A DNA stretch of 64,000 bases from a virus. Its lineage: Duplodnaviria; Caudoviricetes. The position numbers were made by a program, and so were the translations under genes. The stretch spans positions 738 through 64,737 of the IMG/VR virus record IMGVR_UViG_3300035113_000078. The stretch is one strand, 5' to 3'. The stretch's first letter is position 1; each line of letters starts with the position of its first letter. The notes beneath the pieces are model-generated. The model worked only from the letters and a program-made list of their open reading frames with translations, was not told the DNA's origin and made no database searches. Of the stretch, positions 61,379 through 64,000 are shown piece after piece.

Positions 61379-61837
61379 ATGGATACGAATACGTTCGGAT
61401 GGAAGCTGTTCGAGTCGGTCGCTCCGCTTGCTGCCTTGGGGCTTACCTGGTTGTCGATCAAGGCCGCGCAGCTTGCGGCCGCCAAGACCAAGACCGAGCA
61501 GATGTCCCGCGCGCTGCTCCTGGTCGACAACGTGGTGCTCGCCGCCGCACGCGAGGTGCAGCAGCTCGTGATGGACAAGTTGAAGGCGACGAGCCAAGAC
61601 GGGTCCCTGACCGCCGAGCAGGGCGCCGAAGCCAAGCAAGCCGCGCTCGACAGCGCGAAGGCGCAGCTGGGACAGCACGGGCTCGCGGACATTGCTGTCA
61701 CGCTCGGGCTTGAGCCTGAAGGCGTCGATCGCCTGCTCGGCGGCCGGATCGAGGCCGCGGTGCATCGCATCAAGGTGTCGTCACGCACGAGCGCGGGCCC
61801 TGGAACTGCGGGCGACGCCGTTCCGTTCGCAGCATGA
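61379..61837 (+). CDS. Holin-like protein
   Basis: N-terminal hydrophobic helix, IEAAV motif, follows the endolysin; AGGAGG RBS. Confidence 0.6.
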   Translation: MDTNTFGWKLFESVAPLAALGLTWLSIKAAQLAAAKTKTEQMSRALLLVDNVVLAAAREVQQLVMDKLKATSQDGSLTAEQGAEAKQAALDSAKAQLGQHGLADIAVTLGLEPEGVDRLLGGRIEAAVHRIKVSSRTSAGPGTAGDAVPFAA

Positions 61838-61864
61838 CCCATGCGCGCCGGTCATCCCGCGACT

Positions 61865-62347
61865 TCAGCGCGTGCCGCGAGCTGGGGTGGTAGCCAATGT
61901 CTCAAGCTCGACGGCGCGCTCATGCAGCAGCTGCTGAAATCGCCGTGGAAGTCGACGATAGCGGCTGAGCAGTTCTCCCTCGGACTGCGTGAGCCGATCT
62001 GCTGCTATCGAGGTGAGGGCGCTCGCGATGTCGCCGATCTGCCCGGTCACGAACTGGAAGAACGCGTCGCGCGGCAGCTCCAGGAGGTCAGCCCAGGCGT
62101 AGGCGCGCTTGGCCGGGATCCCTTCGATCCCGGACTCCACGTTGCTGACCGCGTTCAGAGACCGATACCCCAGCGCGTTCGTGATGTCCTTGAGCTTGAG
62201 ACCGAGGTGCAAGCGGCGCTGGCGGACCACGCGACCCACGCGGACGCGAAGCTGCGCGCGCTGTTCAGCACTCGGAACACGGGAGCGAGTCAAGGCAGAA
62301 GATGAGGCCACACAGCCATGCTCCGACGAGACTCCTGTCGATGGCAA
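61865..62347 (-). CDS. XRE-family HTH regulator
   Basis: VRQRRLHLGLKLKDITNALG...VSNVESG; start uncertain. Confidence 0.75.
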   Translation of the reverse strand: MPSTGVSSEHGCVASSSALTRSRVPSAEQRAQLRVRVGRVVRQRRLHLGLKLKDITNALGYRSLNAVSNVESGIEGIPAKRAYAWADLLELPRDAFFQFVTGQIGDIASALTSIAADRLTQSEGELLSRYRRLPRRFQQLLHERAVELETLATTPARGTR

Positions 62348-62479
62348 CGTGTAACGATTCGAATGGTTGCGGCAATACGCAAACGCATGAAATCGAAGAC
62401 ATTCGACTTGCTATCCGATCCATGAAGACGCAATGGATGTCGTCGTGGCACCCCATGCCGGGCGCAGCGAAGCGAGTAC

Positions 62480-63028
62480 ATGATGTCGAGTACAGCAACA
62501 CGATTCCTCGCGCAGATACGGCGCAACATCGACTGGTGGCGAGCAGGTGAGATCGACTACGTCACGTTCATCGACTCCCAGCGCGATGTGTGGATCGGGA
62601 TCCACGCCGCAGGCAGGCACGTCGAAGCTGAGGTCCTGCGTGCGCTGACCGGAGTCACTCGTGTGGCAGGCCTGCTCACGCTCGAGGACGCGCAGCGGCG
62701 CACGGTGCAGCTGCGCGTACACGGGAGGGCGCTCTCGCCGGCGCGGCGCTACGGCGCCGTGCTCGCAAGAACCCCGGCCGGCGGGCCGGTGCTGAAAGTG
62801 CGGGCGACGGATCGACAGGATCAACCAGCAGAGTCCCGACAACTTGCGGCCATGGTCTACGAGATCGCGGCCGACCTGGAGCGCCGCAGCCAGCAGCTCG
62901 AGGCGCACTGGACGATTGCGGCCGATCCGGAGAACGGCCAAGTCGTCATCGAGCTTTCCGGGGAGCACGAGGCCGAGCTCGCAGACGAGCTGGTCGCGAA
63001 CGTGATGACAGAACGCCAGCTGATCTGA
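62480..63028 (+). CDS. Hypothetical protein
   Basis: 182-aa ORF with coding-like codon usage. Confidence 0.65.
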   Translation: MMSSTATRFLAQIRRNIDWWRAGEIDYVTFIDSQRDVWIGIHAAGRHVEAEVLRALTGVTRVAGLLTLEDAQRRTVQLRVHGRALSPARRYGAVLARTPAGGPVLKVRATDRQDQPAESRQLAAMVYEIAADLERRSQQLEAHWTIAADPENGQVVIELSGEHEAELADELVANVMTERQLI

Positions 63029-63191
63029 ACAACCAAACGGCATAGCCGGTTCACACAAGGACCCAGACTCCGCGGCTCATTCCAGCCAACTACCAATATC
63101 CAACGCCATCACGAGCGATTGCGGGCAATCGCTTTGAATCATTTTCTCACCGAGCCCGTGGTGAGCCATTTCACACGAGAAAGATCAGACC

Positions 63192-63713
63192 ATGTCAAAA
63201 AAGAAGACCACTGCCAAAAAGACCTCCACGAGGAATACGAAGCGGGCGACGTCCGACAAGCCCGCAGCGACCGCGCAAACCGCGGCAGCCGATGCGACTG
63301 CTGCCGCGGACGGAGCTGCGGGTGAGTCCGCGTCGCGGCTCCCGCCGGTGGGCACGGTGATCAAGAAGGTCGACCGCCACGGCGCCGTCCGCTGCCAGTG
63401 CACCGTCGTCGAAGACGGGATCCGCTACAAGGGCCGCGTGTTCGGCTCGCTCTCTGGCGCGGCGATGGCGGCGGCAACCGACCTCGGCCTGAGGAACAAG
63501 ACCCAGAATGGGTTCACGTTCTGGGGGCTCGTCAAGCCGAGCCGCAAACTCGACGATCCGGAGGCTGAGCTCACCAAGGCCTCTGAGCGCTTCCAGAAGA
63601 GCGCAGCCGCGGCGATCAAGGCGGCGAACGACGAGCGCCGCCCCCAGGTGCGCACCGCACTGGAGGCCCACAAGCAGGTAGTCCAGGGCCTGATCGGCGA
63701 GGCCGCACAGTGA
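63192..63713 (+). CDS. DUF2924-like protein
   Basis: LPPVGTVI, YKGRVFGSLSGAA, QNGFTFWGL. Confidence 0.7.
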   Translation: MSKKKTTAKKTSTRNTKRATSDKPAATAQTAAADATAAADGAAGESASRLPPVGTVIKKVDRHGAVRCQCTVVEDGIRYKGRVFGSLSGAAMAAATDLGLRNKTQNGFTFWGLVKPSRKLDDPEAELTKASERFQKSAAAAIKAANDERRPQVRTALEAHKQVVQGLIGEAAQ

Positions 63714-64000
63714 GCGGACCCGCGTTCTTTCAGACGAGGATGGGCCCCTCTGCTGCGATGGATGACCACGCGCCACCCGCGGCTTCGGAGTCGACGACCA
63801 GGTCGATCTCGTTCGACAAGCCGGACCTGATGGAGATGTTCGCGCAGATCGCACGACAGCATCTCGGCATCGCCACGCTCAAAGATCGGAACCGGGGCAG
63901 CCCGGACTTGCACGAGGTCAGCGTCCGAGCTGTCATCGCAGCGCTGCGCTCGACCTACGAAACAGGCTTTGCCGCAGGCGTTCGGCACAGCCTCCACTGA
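63710..64000 (+). CDS. Small phage protein (DUF6900-like)
   Basis: IARQHLGIATLKDRN...DLHEVSV...AL...YE.G. Confidence 0.65.
   Translation: MSGPAFFQTRMGPSAAMDDHAPPAASESTTRSISFDKPDLMEMFAQIARQHLGIATLKDRNRGSPDLHEVSVRAVIAALRSTYETGFAAGVRHSLH

Overview
High-GC window occupied almost entirely by one large prophage (or phage contig) with a contractile tail. A Myxococcota-like host is a guess from composition only. From left to right: a regulatory region (three GTAR-N26-CTAC boxes, Com-like zinc finger, sigma-like factor); a replication/recombination module (intein-derived Hint/LAGLIDADG gene, AAA_24 ATPase, DUF669-like protein, ERCC4 nuclease, RecD2 helicase, primase-helicase); a cargo block; a 12-iteron nested inverted repeat (probable origin); packaging and head genes; and a full myovirus-type tail, baseplate and lysis module. 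No rRNA, tRNA or CRISPR array was seen. Main observations: (1) a recurring late-gene control cassette, made of three sigma70-type promoters sharing GTGGAAGTTC in the spacer plus four copies of a leader RNA with mutually exclusive antiterminator/terminator folds, the first copy directly behind an unannotated 57-aa ORF; (2) an orphan intein gene whose short flanks are a decayed copy of the Walker A region of the next gene; (3) an adenine methyltransferase fused to a prohead-protease-like domain; (4) three cargo slots (SIR2-like, HNH, unknowns), each just upstream of one of the restart promoters; (5) a 1-nt frameshift in the tail tube gene. All family names come from recognising motifs by eye, not from database searches.
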